Positions 49,779 to 59,102 of a stretch of DNA of 64,000 bases are shown piece by piece. The notes below the pieces were generated by a model, which saw only the letters and a program-made list of their open reading frames with translations, made no database searches and was not told the DNA's origin. The stretch spans positions 384,001 to 448,000 of the forward strand of contig JAHQWG010000016.1 in NCBI GenBank assembly GCA_029856045.1, read 5' to 3'. The stretch comes from Promethearchaeia archaeon (GTDB lineage Archaea > Asgardarchaeota > Lokiarchaeia > Sigyniarchaeales > SOKP01). A program made the translations under genes and the position numbers. Every line of letters begins with the position of its first letter. The stretch's first letter is position 1.

Positions 49779-50777
49779 ATGCTTTCGAAAAATCTTAAAA
49801 GAATAATATTAATTACTGTGGATTTTTTCTTTTCTGCTTTTATCTTTTATATCAATGCATCTTGGAAAAACCCTTTTTATACATGTTTTATATTATCCCT
49901 TATTACTTTTCTATTTGTATTAATTCCATTTGAAGTTTATTGGAGTTTCCGTGATATATGGTTTGATAGATGGAATAATATTAACTTAAAAAATATACAT
50001 GTGGAAAAAATAAGCATTTCTGTTGATGGGGGATCTTTATCTGGTGCAATATATCAATTGAAAATTTCTAATTCAACTCATTTATCTCAAAATAAACCCA
50101 TAATCATAATATCCCAGGGATTTTCAGATTTAAAAGAAGATTTAGAATATTTTTTCCTTCCAATCGTAAATTTTGGTTATCCAGTTCTTGCTTATGACGC
50201 TCGTGGTACTGGTGAATCTAAAAAAGTAGGAAAAAAAGCTGATATTAAGAATAGAATTAATGATTTTTTACATATTGTGAGATGGATTCAAAATAATGAT
50301 AAATTGGGCAATAAAGAGATTTATACAGCAGGATTTAGTATTGGTGCGTTGACCATTTTATGTGGAGGTTTTCCTTTAGAAGAAATTAAAAAAATATTTG
50401 CAGTATCTGCGATTGCTGACTTTAGAGAAAATATTCCTCGTTTTAATCCAATTGTGTGGCTTCGATATTTCTTTAAAGGAATACACCAATTTCCTAGTGA
50501 AGAGACCAATTTAACAATATCTCCTTATCATGTGATTAAAAAATATAAAGATCAAATTTTTTCAGGTTCTGAGGTTGAATGGAAAGAATTTACTAAAAAA
50601 GTGATGTTAGTTCATACAAAAAACGATAGAGTTGTAAAATTTAAGAATTTTATTAAAAACAAGGAAATTCTGTGTTTAAATGATAATAACACATTAGTTT
50701 TTAATAAGGGAGGGCACGTACTAAAAAAAAATGAATTAACACTTGTAACTTTGGCGTTAAATTTCTTTAAAAATTAA
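49779..50777 (+). CDS. Membrane-anchored alpha/beta hydrolase
   Basis: Two N-terminal TM helices; YDARGTGES, GFSIG, NDRVV, GGH. Confidence 0.85.
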   Translation: MLSKNLKRIILITVDFFFSAFIFYINASWKNPFYTCFILSLITFLFVLIPFEVYWSFRDIWFDRWNNINLKNIHVEKISISVDGGSLSGAIYQLKISNSTHLSQNKPIIIISQGFSDLKEDLEYFFLPIVNFGYPVLAYDARGTGESKKVGKKADIKNRINDFLHIVRWIQNNDKLGNKEIYTAGFSIGALTILCGGFPLEEIKKIFAVSAIADFRENIPRFNPIVWLRYFFKGIHQFPSEETNLTISPYHVIKKYKDQIFSGSEVEWKEFTKKVMLVHTKNDRVVKFKNFIKNKEILCLNDNNTLVFNKGGHVLKKNELTLVTLALNFFKN

Positions 50778-51939
50778 ATTTTACTGCCGTTTTCATCGTT
50801 TCTTTTACAATATCTATTATTTTATTAAAATTGTCAATTTTTTTATCAAAATAGACTTGACTACTTTTACATTTTTCAATTTCTTCAAAAAGGTTGAAAA
50901 ATTGTTTATCAAGTTCTAATTCAAATATAAATGTTTTTGGTCTTCGAGTAGAATGTCCCAAACATACAAAACATCCATGATCTTCCGGATGAAGAAATGC
51001 TGGTTGTCTTATATCCCACATGAAATCTTTCAATTGATTTTGAACTTTTTTTGCGATTGATCTGCAAAAATCACCACTCTTGTAATTATAAATGTAAGCA
51101 AAAGGCAATTTGTCTTTATTTTTCTTCCAAGCTTCTCTTAAATTATCTCTTAACTGTTCCCCTTGGTTAATAGTAATATTAAAATGGTGGTGATCTAAAT
51201 CTTTATGGGGTTTCACAAATAACGGTTCTCTTTTAGGTAAATCTTCTCTTTTTACGAGATATTCAACAATCCACATTTTATAATAATGCTCTAATTTATA
51301 GAAAGCATTTAAATTTTTAACCATATCCTCTGTAAATCTTCTTAATAATGATGTTTCATGAAAATCGATTAAATATATCTCGAGATCCCTCTCCCAATAT
51401 TTCTGAATAAAATTTTTAAAGACTAAAGCATTTTCCGGAATAATATATGGGTTATTATCCTCATCTTTCTCCCTAAAATTGGGAATAAAAGTCTTCCTCC
51501 AATATCTATTTAAATTGTCACCATTTCTCAAATAATAACCGGATTTATTATCAGATCGGGGGTTTAAGAAGCCATAAGGGTTCATTAATGGAAATAAAAT
51601 TATCATAGAATTTTTTAGTTCATTGGATATAAGGTCCTTATTTTTGGTAGAGGTTAATTCAAATAGATAAGATATTTGCCCAAAAAGCCCGCAATACTCA
51701 TTATGTTGAGATGCGACCATTATATATAGTTTTCTTAGTTGGTCTAAACTTTTTGGCTGATTAATAGTTAAAACTGGTATCTTACCATCTGATATTTTTA
51801 AATATTCAAGCTCAACAAAATCGGATTTATTAAATAATTCCAATTTATTAAAAATTTCATTTAATAATTTTTCTCTTTCTTGTGGAATTAAAAGTTTGTT
51901 TAATATATCCTTATCTATATAATAATTTGAATTATTCAA
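50767..51939 (-). CDS. M14-like zinc carboxypeptidase/deacylase (divergent)
   Basis: ASQHNEY (His/Glu Zn ligands, one residue shorter than HxxE), PLMNPYG, NLNRYW, IDFHET, FELE. Confidence 0.72.
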   Translation of the reverse strand: MNNSNYYIDKDILNKLLIPQEREKLLNEIFNKLELFNKSDFVELEYLKISDGKIPVLTINQPKSLDQLRKLYIMVASQHNEYCGLFGQISYLFELTSTKNKDLISNELKNSMIILFPLMNPYGFLNPRSDNKSGYYLRNGDNLNRYWRKTFIPNFREKDEDNNPYIIPENALVFKNFIQKYWERDLEIYLIDFHETSLLRRFTEDMVKNLNAFYKLEHYYKMWIVEYLVKREDLPKREPLFVKPHKDLDHHHFNITINQGEQLRDNLREAWKKNKDKLPFAYIYNYKSGDFCRSIAKKVQNQLKDFMWDIRQPAFLHPEDHGCFVCLGHSTRRPKTFIFELELDKQFFNLFEEIEKCKSSQVYFDKKIDNFNKIIDIVKETMKTAVKFNF

Positions 51940-53323
51940 TTATTTTACTCCAATCTGAAAAATTAATAATTTTATTATAAGTTTCAGTAATACTTTTGAA
52001 GAGCACACAGCCAATACAAAACATATCAACAAAATCCTCATCAGAGAGGTTTAATATGTCCCTAGTACTTGGTGATATTGCTAATGCACGATCTGCCTCA
52101 ATTTTTCCATCGTAACCACTTAAATTAACCACAAATTCCTGTTTATTCAATGTCCCTCCATAAGAATTACGTGCAATTCTAACTAAACCACCAATTGGAA
52201 TTATTTTCCCTTCTTTTTGACTCAAATAAATTCTAATATCAAAAGTGTGATTTCCATTTCTCCAATCAATTAAGGAAAAATTTGCCATTTCCATAATCGT
52301 ATAGGGATATGGATCTCGAATTTTAAGGAATTTTCCGAAAAATTCATCTTTACTTTTCTTAATAATATTTCTAAAATTCGAGGGATCTTCATCAGAACTA
52401 ATAGGAATAATACCTGCTCCACCAGATCCACCACTTGGTTTAATAATAAAATTTGTATTATAATTTTTAACAACAAAATCCATTTTTTTCAATAAATCCT
52501 CTTCATTCATTCCTTTACTAAACATCAGATATTTTACTCGATATTTTTCTAACTTACTTTTAGCAAAATATTCAGCTAAATAAGTTAAAGATTTATCATC
52601 TGTAATTAAAAAAATCGGATTAACAATAGCTGTATTTATTTTTCGAAAATCTTCTCTTACTAATCGTTTAAAATCTTCATCTTTTATCCTACGAGCAATT
52701 CCATCTCCGATTAATAAATTTACTTTTTGATCTTTATACATAACCCAATTATCTCTAAATGAGATATTCAAGGCTATATTTTTATAATCTGTGATAAAAA
52801 ATGCCACGTCTTCAGTAAAAAATCCTTTAAAATTTAATTCAGTATAAATATTGACGCTATATCCTATTTCTAATATTTTTTTTTTCAAATATTCTAATAG
52901 AAAAATCTTTTCATGAAGCAGCGCATCATCAATAGGCGTGCCAACTAAAATAAAGAGCTTACTATCTTCTCTTTTATTGTTTTTTAAGGAATTTTTTATG
53001 GCTTGTAAATATCCATCATATAACAATCCTTGTTGTTTAGGTGTTATGATTGAAAGACCTCTTGACGAGCCTCCATTCGTCTCAAGTATGAAAAATCTCT
53101 TACGCCCATTATTTTTTTCCACCATAAAATCAATAGCACCAGCATAAAACATTTCTTTCTCAATTAAATAATGTTCTTTTGACTTCTTTAATTTTTTTAA
53201 TGCCCTTTCTCTGATTTTATCGGCGTATTTATCATCTTGTGATTCTCTCAGTAATTTAAATGATATTAGATTTACACCAAAATATTTACCCAACTCAATT
53301 AAATCTGACTCATCTAATTTCAA
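51932..53323 (-). CDS. Circularly permuted ATP-grasp amino-acid/peptide ligase
   Basis: IDFMV...FFILETNGG at the N-terminus, then IKPSGGSGGAGI, FDIRIY, GGLVRIA, VVNLS; GGTGA SD upstream of the TTG start. Confidence 0.8.
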   Translation of the reverse strand: MKLDESDLIELGKYFGVNLISFKLLRESQDDKYADKIRERALKKLKKSKEHYLIEKEMFYAGAIDFMVEKNNGRKRFFILETNGGSSRGLSIITPKQQGLLYDGYLQAIKNSLKNNKREDSKLFILVGTPIDDALLHEKIFLLEYLKKKILEIGYSVNIYTELNFKGFFTEDVAFFITDYKNIALNISFRDNWVMYKDQKVNLLIGDGIARRIKDEDFKRLVREDFRKINTAIVNPIFLITDDKSLTYLAEYFAKSKLEKYRVKYLMFSKGMNEEDLLKKMDFVVKNYNTNFIIKPSGGSGGAGIIPISSDEDPSNFRNIIKKSKDEFFGKFLKIRDPYPYTIMEMANFSLIDWRNGNHTFDIRIYLSQKEGKIIPIGGLVRIARNSYGGTLNKQEFVVNLSGYDGKIEADRALAISPSTRDILNLSDEDFVDMFCIGCVLFKSITETYNKIINFSDWSKIIE

Positions 53324-53459
53324 TTTTCTTCACCAAAAAATTAAGATCTTATCTCTTAAAATTCGTTTTCTTTTAAGAACTTTCTATCCAAGTTTTTCTT
53401 CAAATAAAAATTTAAATGTTGAGATATTTGTCAATCTGTAAAGATTTGTCTATTAAAAA

Positions 53460-54092
53460 ATGCCATTAAAAAAAGAAAATAAAAATTGGTTAAAGCGTGC
53501 AATGAAATTAAAAATGTCACTAAGTTGTATTTCAGGTATCTTAGTTATCCTATTCTATTGTATCTTTACTTTTATTGCTATTACTTTATTTCCACTACCC
53601 TTGAATCCTATTGATAATTGGTTGAGTGATCTTGGCAATTCTGGCTATAGCCCTAATGGTGCTATATTCTTTAATATCGGTTGTATTCTAACTGGAAGTG
53701 CTTTATTTCCGTTTTATATAGGGTTACATAAATGGTATAGAGAAGAGAAATGGCAAAAATTCTTATTAATCATCACCCAAATAATCGGATGTTCTTCTGG
53801 ATTTACTGAAATAATGATCGGGATCTTTTCTGAAAATTTTCAACCTGAACATAGTAATTGGTCATACACATTTTTCACTTTAAACCTCATAGTCTTGGTT
53901 TTAGGAAGCATTGTATTATTTAATCATCCCGATTTTATTAAACCAATTGGATACTATGGGATCGGTGTTGCTGTAATTAATTTACTTTTCGTGTTCTTTA
54001 TTGTTACCCCTATATTAGAATGGTTTACGGTTTTGACCGCTTTAGGTTATGTCGGCTTAGTCGTCTATAACATGTACAAAATTATAGATTGA
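53460..54092 (+). CDS. DUF998-like membrane protein
   Basis: NWLSDLGN...FFNIGCILTG, multiple TM helices, ILEW. Confidence 0.75.
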   Translation: MPLKKENKNWLKRAMKLKMSLSCISGILVILFYCIFTFIAITLFPLPLNPIDNWLSDLGNSGYSPNGAIFFNIGCILTGSALFPFYIGLHKWYREEKWQKFLLIITQIIGCSSGFTEIMIGIFSENFQPEHSNWSYTFFTLNLIVLVLGSIVLFNHPDFIKPIGYYGIGVAVINLLFVFFIVTPILEWFTVLTALGYVGLVVYNMYKIID

Positions 54093-54230
54093 AATATTGA
54101 ACTTAATAGAGTTAGTAGACAGGACACAAGTAATTAACATTTAATTTTTTTTCCTTTTATTATTTCATTTCTATTTGTTTTTTAGTTGATCAGAATAATC
54201 GATTTAAAAAATAACATTTAGAAGGAGAAA

Positions 54231-54341
54231 ATTTACAGACCTTACATCATTGTTGACGAAAGAGAGCCCACCAGTATAAAAACCGAGTTAGAAAAAATCG
54301 GGTGCGATCTAGTAGTACCTATCTACCTAGATCAAGCTTAG
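54231..54341 (+). pseudogene. ERCC4/XPF nuclease-domain N-terminal fragment
   Basis: IYRPYIIVDEREPTSIKTELEKIGCDLVV* matches the ERCC4 start (compare Hef TIYVDNRETASSVVRTLSLYGV); SD-like GAAGGAG upstream; truncated after 36 codons. Confidence 0.5.
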
Positions 54342-54393
54342 AAAAATGATTCAATTAAATCTTGACGATAATTATATAAGAAAGACTCACGGA

Positions 54394-55635
54394 TTAGAGA
54401 TATAAATACCCTTGATAATTCCCCTTCACAGAAAGTCTTAAGCTGCCAATCACAATCTTTTTAATTTTAATTTGCTCCTTATAACTAAAATCCGAATACA
54501 AAAGAAAATATCGTTTCTCAGTATTTATATTAAAAAGAAGCCCTATATTAATTTGTTCGTTCTCTTCGGTTTTTAAAGCAACAATTACATAATGATAAGG
54601 TAATTTTACCAATTCTTCTAAATATAATTGTTTTTCGATAATTTTCTCATTTTCCAAGTCATAATCCTCTTTAATCAGAATTATCTCATTAAAAGGGACA
54701 GTAATTTTGCGAAATTTTTCAAAAACCATAGCAAATTGCCTTTGTCTTAAAAACCGGCGATCCTCTTTAGTTCTTTCAAAATAATAGTTATTAACTGCTT
54801 CTATTGAAAAGATTTTAGGTTTTGAACTGAGTTTTTTTATATCTTTCTCAATTTCCTCTAACTCTTCTACTTCCTTGTCTTTAAATATGATAACATAATC
54901 TGGTTGAATCATAGAACAAAAAAATTTTTTATAAAGTATACCAGTTTCTGTCTTGATCCAGCCATCTGTATCAATAAGAATGAACCTAGTTTCTTTATTT
55001 TCCTTGGAAAATTCTTCAATTAATTCTTTAGAATAGTGGGGTAAGATAAATTTCAAATCAGCTTTTGGAAAAGTAGAACCAATAAATTTTGTGTCTTTAG
55101 AAATAAAATCTTGAGTTGATAAAATATATGAATCTATCATTCCAATATTAATCGTTGTAGGAATATACATCTGCTGCTGACCTAAATCTGAATCTAAATA
55201 TCCTCCCTTTAACCCCTCTGCTAAAAGTTTATTGGCTAAATATTTAATAAGTGTCGTTTTCCCGCTGCTAAGACCTAATACCATTATTTTTGCTGGGGTA
55301 GTACTAGTTAATTTTTTCATATCTTCAATAATTTTATTAGAAATTCTAATCCAACTTTCTGGAATCGAATTATCCTCCAATTTAATAACCTGGTCTTCAT
55401 TCGCCACATAAATTTCAATCTCAGAATCTTCCAAAAATAATAAAGGATACCTTATACCGGTTGATATAATTATTACATTAGGATCTTTTATATTCGGTTC
55501 TAAAAGATCGATTTTTTCTCTTTTCTCTTTAACCTTTATAACTTTTCCAAAAATCTCAACTTCTCCCTCTAATAATGCTGCTTTAGAAGGTCCAGCCAAT
55601 AAAATAGATTGCCCTTTTTTGTATTTCTTTATCAT
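54394..55635 (-). CDS. Clp1/Grc3-family polynucleotide 5'-kinase
   Basis: LLAGPS N-domain, SGKTT, DSDLGQ, PTTI, IDTDGW, RRFLRQ. Confidence 0.88.
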   Translation of the reverse strand: MIKKYKKGQSILLAGPSKAALLEGEVEIFGKVIKVKEKREKIDLLEPNIKDPNVIIISTGIRYPLLFLEDSEIEIYVANEDQVIKLEDNSIPESWIRISNKIIEDMKKLTSTTPAKIMVLGLSSGKTTLIKYLANKLLAEGLKGGYLDSDLGQQQMYIPTTINIGMIDSYILSTQDFISKDTKFIGSTFPKADLKFILPHYSKELIEEFSKENKETRFILIDTDGWIKTETGILYKKFFCSMIQPDYVIIFKDKEVEELEEIEKDIKKLSSKPKIFSIEAVNNYYFERTKEDRRFLRQRQFAMVFEKFRKITVPFNEIILIKEDYDLENEKIIEKQLYLEELVKLPYHYVIVALKTEENEQINIGLLFNINTEKRYFLLYSDFSYKEQIKIKKIVIGSLRLSVKGNYQGYLYL

Positions 55636-55699
55636 GTTGTATCAAAAAATATTTTTGAATTACTTTAAAATAATAAATTAGAAGATAAAAATATAACTA

Positions 55700-56167
55700 T
55701 CATATTTTTAATTCAACCACTTTAAAAATTTCTTCAAATCCAAATTTAGTAAATAAACTCCTTACGTTTTCATCTAACTCCTTTTTAACAATGATTCTTA
55801 CAGAGTTAATATGGTTCTTTCTAAAAAAATCTATTGAGTACCTTATTAATTCTTCCCCTAAACCTTCTCCTCTATAATTTGGATCAACTATTAAGTTTGA
55901 AATATTTCCAAATAAAAATCCAAAATTTGTTTTTCTAATAGAAGCCAAAGCCATCCCTGCAACCTTGTTTTCCCTCTCGTTAATCGCAACTATCATTTCA
56001 TTCTTAACATCTTTCTTGAATTCCGCTATTAATGAGTGTTTCCATCTTTCCTCGTCAAATTCTTGATTTATTATTGAACATAATTGTTTCATAAGATTAG
56101 TAACTTCATCTGTATCTTTCTCCGTAAATGCACGAATTTGCATGATACTATATTTTTTTCCTTCCAA
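55700..56167 (-). CDS. GNAT acetyltransferase
   Basis: LIVDPNYRGEGLG and LFTKFGF. Confidence 0.88.
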   Translation of the reverse strand: MEGKKYSIMQIRAFTEKDTDEVTNLMKQLCSIINQEFDEERWKHSLIAEFKKDVKNEMIVAINERENKVAGMALASIRKTNFGFLFGNISNLIVDPNYRGEGLGEELIRYSIDFFRKNHINSVRIIVKKELDENVRSLFTKFGFEEIFKVVELKI

Positions 56168-56341
56168 TTTTTTATATATCTATATTGCGAAAATATCTAA
56201 TATTATTTTAATATTTCCTTTCCATTATTATTTAAATTCTTAGAATTTTAAGAAAAAGAATATATAGATAAACAATTTATATTTTTAACATAGATAAACT
56301 CAATAATGAATGAAATATCTCCCTTTCGTTGATAATACATT

Positions 56342-57526
56342 ATGGAAAAAAAAGAAAAAGATGATTCACTTTCAGATGCTCTATCCGCATTAGGTTGGAT
56401 AGAGGAAGAGGAAGGCATAGAAAGCAAGGAAGAAATGCCATCTTCTTTAGAAGATCAAGTTAAATTCTTACTGAAAAAAAAAAAAAAATTAGAAGAACAA
56501 AATTTAATGCTCAAAAATTATATTGAACAGTTGGATTCAAGCTTATCTACAGCTGAAAAACCTGAAATCCCCAACGATTTTGAGTCAAAAATTAATGGAA
56601 AAGATGAAATTATTTCTAAATTAACGGTGGAAAGAGATGATATCAGCAAAAAACTAAAAGAACAAAGAGAAAAAATCATTTCCTTGGACTTAAAGGTTGG
56701 GGAGCAAAATGATCTATTGATTGAAAAAGATAAGCAAATTAATGAGTTTTCCTTAAATATTAGCCAATTAAATGAAAAGGAAAATTTAATCAAGCAACTT
56801 GAAGCAAAAATTAAGGAATTTGAATTAGGAAAAAATGGTATCAGTGAATTCCAAGAAAAAATAAAACAACGAGATACTCAAATTCAAGAACTTCATCAAC
56901 AAATTCAATATCTTGAGAAAGACACAATTCAAAAATCCAAGTATGATAAATTAAAAGTACTTATAGACAAGAAAGATGAGATTATAACACAAAAAGAAAA
57001 AGCTCTTTTTGATAAGGAAAACTCTCTCAATAAAGCAAAAGAAGAAATTCAAGAATTAATGGGAAAAGTTAAAGAAACAGAAAAATTTCACGAAAGATTG
57101 GCGGAAAAAGGTGAAGAAATTGATTTTCTTAAAGGGGAAATAGCTCACTTGAATCTACAACTTGAAAAATCCAAATCTTTGCAAAATAAAATTAAAGAAT
57201 TTGAAGAGCAACTTATTAAACGAGAAAGAGAAAATGTAGAAATCACTAAATCAAGCATGGCAAAAGAAGAAATCGTGAAAAGAGTTGAACAAAAACTCGA
57301 ATTATCTCAAAAAGAGGCTGTAAAAAAAGATATTGAAATAGAAAATTTAAAAATTAATTTCGAGAAAGAATTAGAAGCATTAAAGGTTAAAGAGAATGGT
57401 TATCTGGATAACATCCAAATCCTTAAAATGGAAAATTCTCGCATGGAACAGGAATCTGGAAAACTAAAAGACGAAATTATTGAGTTAAAAAAGAAAATTA
57501 AAGTTCTACGTAGAGGTAGTACTTAA
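56342..57526 (+). CDS. Long coiled-coil protein
   Basis: About 350 aa of K/E/L/I heptads with almost no Pro; no ATPase motif, no TM helix. Confidence 0.8.
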   Translation: MEKKEKDDSLSDALSALGWIEEEEGIESKEEMPSSLEDQVKFLLKKKKKLEEQNLMLKNYIEQLDSSLSTAEKPEIPNDFESKINGKDEIISKLTVERDDISKKLKEQREKIISLDLKVGEQNDLLIEKDKQINEFSLNISQLNEKENLIKQLEAKIKEFELGKNGISEFQEKIKQRDTQIQELHQQIQYLEKDTIQKSKYDKLKVLIDKKDEIITQKEKALFDKENSLNKAKEEIQELMGKVKETEKFHERLAEKGEEIDFLKGEIAHLNLQLEKSKSLQNKIKEFEEQLIKRERENVEITKSSMAKEEIVKRVEQKLELSQKEAVKKDIEIENLKINFEKELEALKVKENGYLDNIQILKMENSRMEQESGKLKDEIIELKKKIKVLRRGST

Positions 57527-57574
57527 ATGATTTTTAATAAAAAAGAAAATGAATAAAAAGGATTTAAGATTTTA

Positions 57575-57832
57575 CTACTTTTCTCTCCACACACAGCCAC
57601 AACTCCCACAAGAATACCTCTTCCCCCAAATTCGAGGGTAATCGAGAACGATCACTTCTTTATCGACGGATTCATGGATCATGTGCTTAAGTTCCTCACC
57701 ACATTTAGGGCATTTTCGGCGTCCCTCTGGTTTTGGAATAGTTAAAATGTCAGAGAACTCTTCTCTTGGAGGGGTGGTTTCTGGTTCAGTTTCTTTTTCT
57801 GGTTCTTTATTTTCTTCAGACATTTTGGTCAT
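57575..57832 (-). CDS. Stand-alone Zn-ribbon protein paralogous to the gelsolin C-terminal domain
   Basis: KPEGRRKCPKCG...IHESVDK...DYPRIWG.RY.CG.CG..W.EK aligns with the tail of 57990-58979. Confidence 0.85.
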   Translation of the reverse strand: MTKMSEENKEPEKETEPETTPPREEFSDILTIPKPEGRRKCPKCGEELKHMIHESVDKEVIVLDYPRIWGKRYSCGSCGCVWREK

Positions 57833-57989
57833 TATTTTTTATTTTGTATAAATATGCAATATTTATATCAAAATCATATTGGTTTACATATTAATCTTTA
57901 TGGGATTAATGACATTTATCTTAATTAAAAAAATAAAAAGAAATTTGAAATAAATAAAAAACTTTATTGCAGAATGCTATTTCTTAAGG

Positions 57990-58979
57990 CTACTTCTCAG
58001 ACCATTCAGTTCCGCATTCTCCACAACGATATTTATGGCCATAAACCCTTGGGTAATCCATTATTATATTGGTCTTGTCAACACTTTCGTGAATTTTAAA
58101 TTTATTTTCATTTCCACATTTTGGACACTTTCTTCTTCCAGTGGGTTTCTCTATTCTTAAAATCCCAGTTTCAACATCCATTGCAGTTGGGGTTGGGGGT
58201 TCTTTTATGGGTTCTATTACCATTTCAGGCTCCTTTACTGGTTCAGGCTCAAGTTCCTTTATCGGTTCAGGCTCAGGTTCCTTCATCGGCTCAGATATCT
58301 CTTCTTTCTCTAATGCAGATTCTGCTGAAAATTGGACATGTTCATCGACAGAGGTTTCAACTTTTGCTTCGAAAATTTTCATAAATTCTAAATCGTCACC
58401 TTCTTCAAAAATAACTTCATTTTGTGATCCTGCTCTTTCAGCATCAAAATTTCTTGCCCATTGTCCGGCTTTTACTTTTTCTCTGACATTAGAACTCGCA
58501 CCTTGCCAAATGTACATTTTATCGCCTAAATCTGCAATAAAACAATCTTCAGAATTTAAACTCTCTTTTTTAAACGGTACTTGTATAAATTTCATGGTAT
58601 TTATATCTTCAAACTCTTCAGAAGAGACTCTATAGAGTGTATTTACATGTTCTCCCGCACCTGACCAATCACCAGTATCTACATCTTTGAGCATAGTTTT
58701 TGCTAAATTTTTATCTACTATTTTCATTCCTCCAACAAGTTGTAAAAACTCTTTTATCTCTTGACCTTGATCAAGAGTTATAATTTTTGCAGCACCACTT
58801 CTTTGCTCATCCAATTCTCTAGCTTTCATTGCTGCAAATGTTTTTTCATCTACCGAGCAATATTTACCAAGCCATATATAAATGGTTTTTTCATCATCAA
58901 CAATATAAGTGTCGCCAGAACTGAATACTGGCTTATTCTGCTCTTTTAATTCACCCTTAGCAACCATACAAATTTTCAT
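57990..58979 (-). CDS. Two-domain gelsolin with Pro/Glu linker and C-terminal Zn ribbon
   Basis: FSSGDTYIVD..TIYIWLG...DEK, DQGQE; LYRV, SLNSEDCFIAD..MYIWQG..SNVREK; EPEP linker; two CxxC. Confidence 0.92.
   Translation of the reverse strand: MKICMVAKGELKEQNKPVFSSGDTYIVDDEKTIYIWLGKYCSVDEKTFAAMKARELDEQRSGAAKIITLDQGQEIKEFLQLVGGMKIVDKNLAKTMLKDVDTGDWSGAGEHVNTLYRVSSEEFEDINTMKFIQVPFKKESLNSEDCFIADLGDKMYIWQGASSNVREKVKAGQWARNFDAERAGSQNEVIFEEGDDLEFMKIFEAKVETSVDEHVQFSAESALEKEEISEPMKEPEPEPIKELEPEPVKEPEMVIEPIKEPPTPTAMDVETGILRIEKPTGRRKCPKCGNENKFKIHESVDKTNIIMDYPRVYGHKYRCGECGTEWSEK
58195..58295 (-). repeat. Degenerate 24-nt (8-aa) tandem repeat in the gelsolin linker
   Basis: EPMKEPEP-EPIKELEP-EPVKEPEM-VIEPIKEPP; recurring ggttcaggctc. 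Boundaries approximate. Confidence 0.7.
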
Positions 58980-59102
58980 ATAAAAAATACCTCATAAATT
59001 TTAACTTATATTTTTCTTATGTTTCTTTCAATATATAAATTTATATCAAAAAAATGCGTTTAAAATTAAAAAGATAATTGTGTTATAGTAAATCTCAAGG
59101 AC

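Noticed and set aside
51932-53323. Calling the ATP-grasp a true tubulin-tyrosine-ligase orthologue
   Set aside because: FDIRIY is TTL-like, but the motif order is permuted and GGLVR/VVN match CP-ATP-grasp ligases; orthology cannot be claimed without a tree.
53342-53378. Palindromes TAAGATCTTA and TCTTAAAA...TTTTAAGA upstream of the ligase
   Set aside because: AT-rich short palindromes are common in this window and are not distinguishable from background.
56342-57526. SMC or Rad50 assignment for the coiled coil
   Set aside because: No Walker A/B, signature, hinge or Zn-hook motifs.
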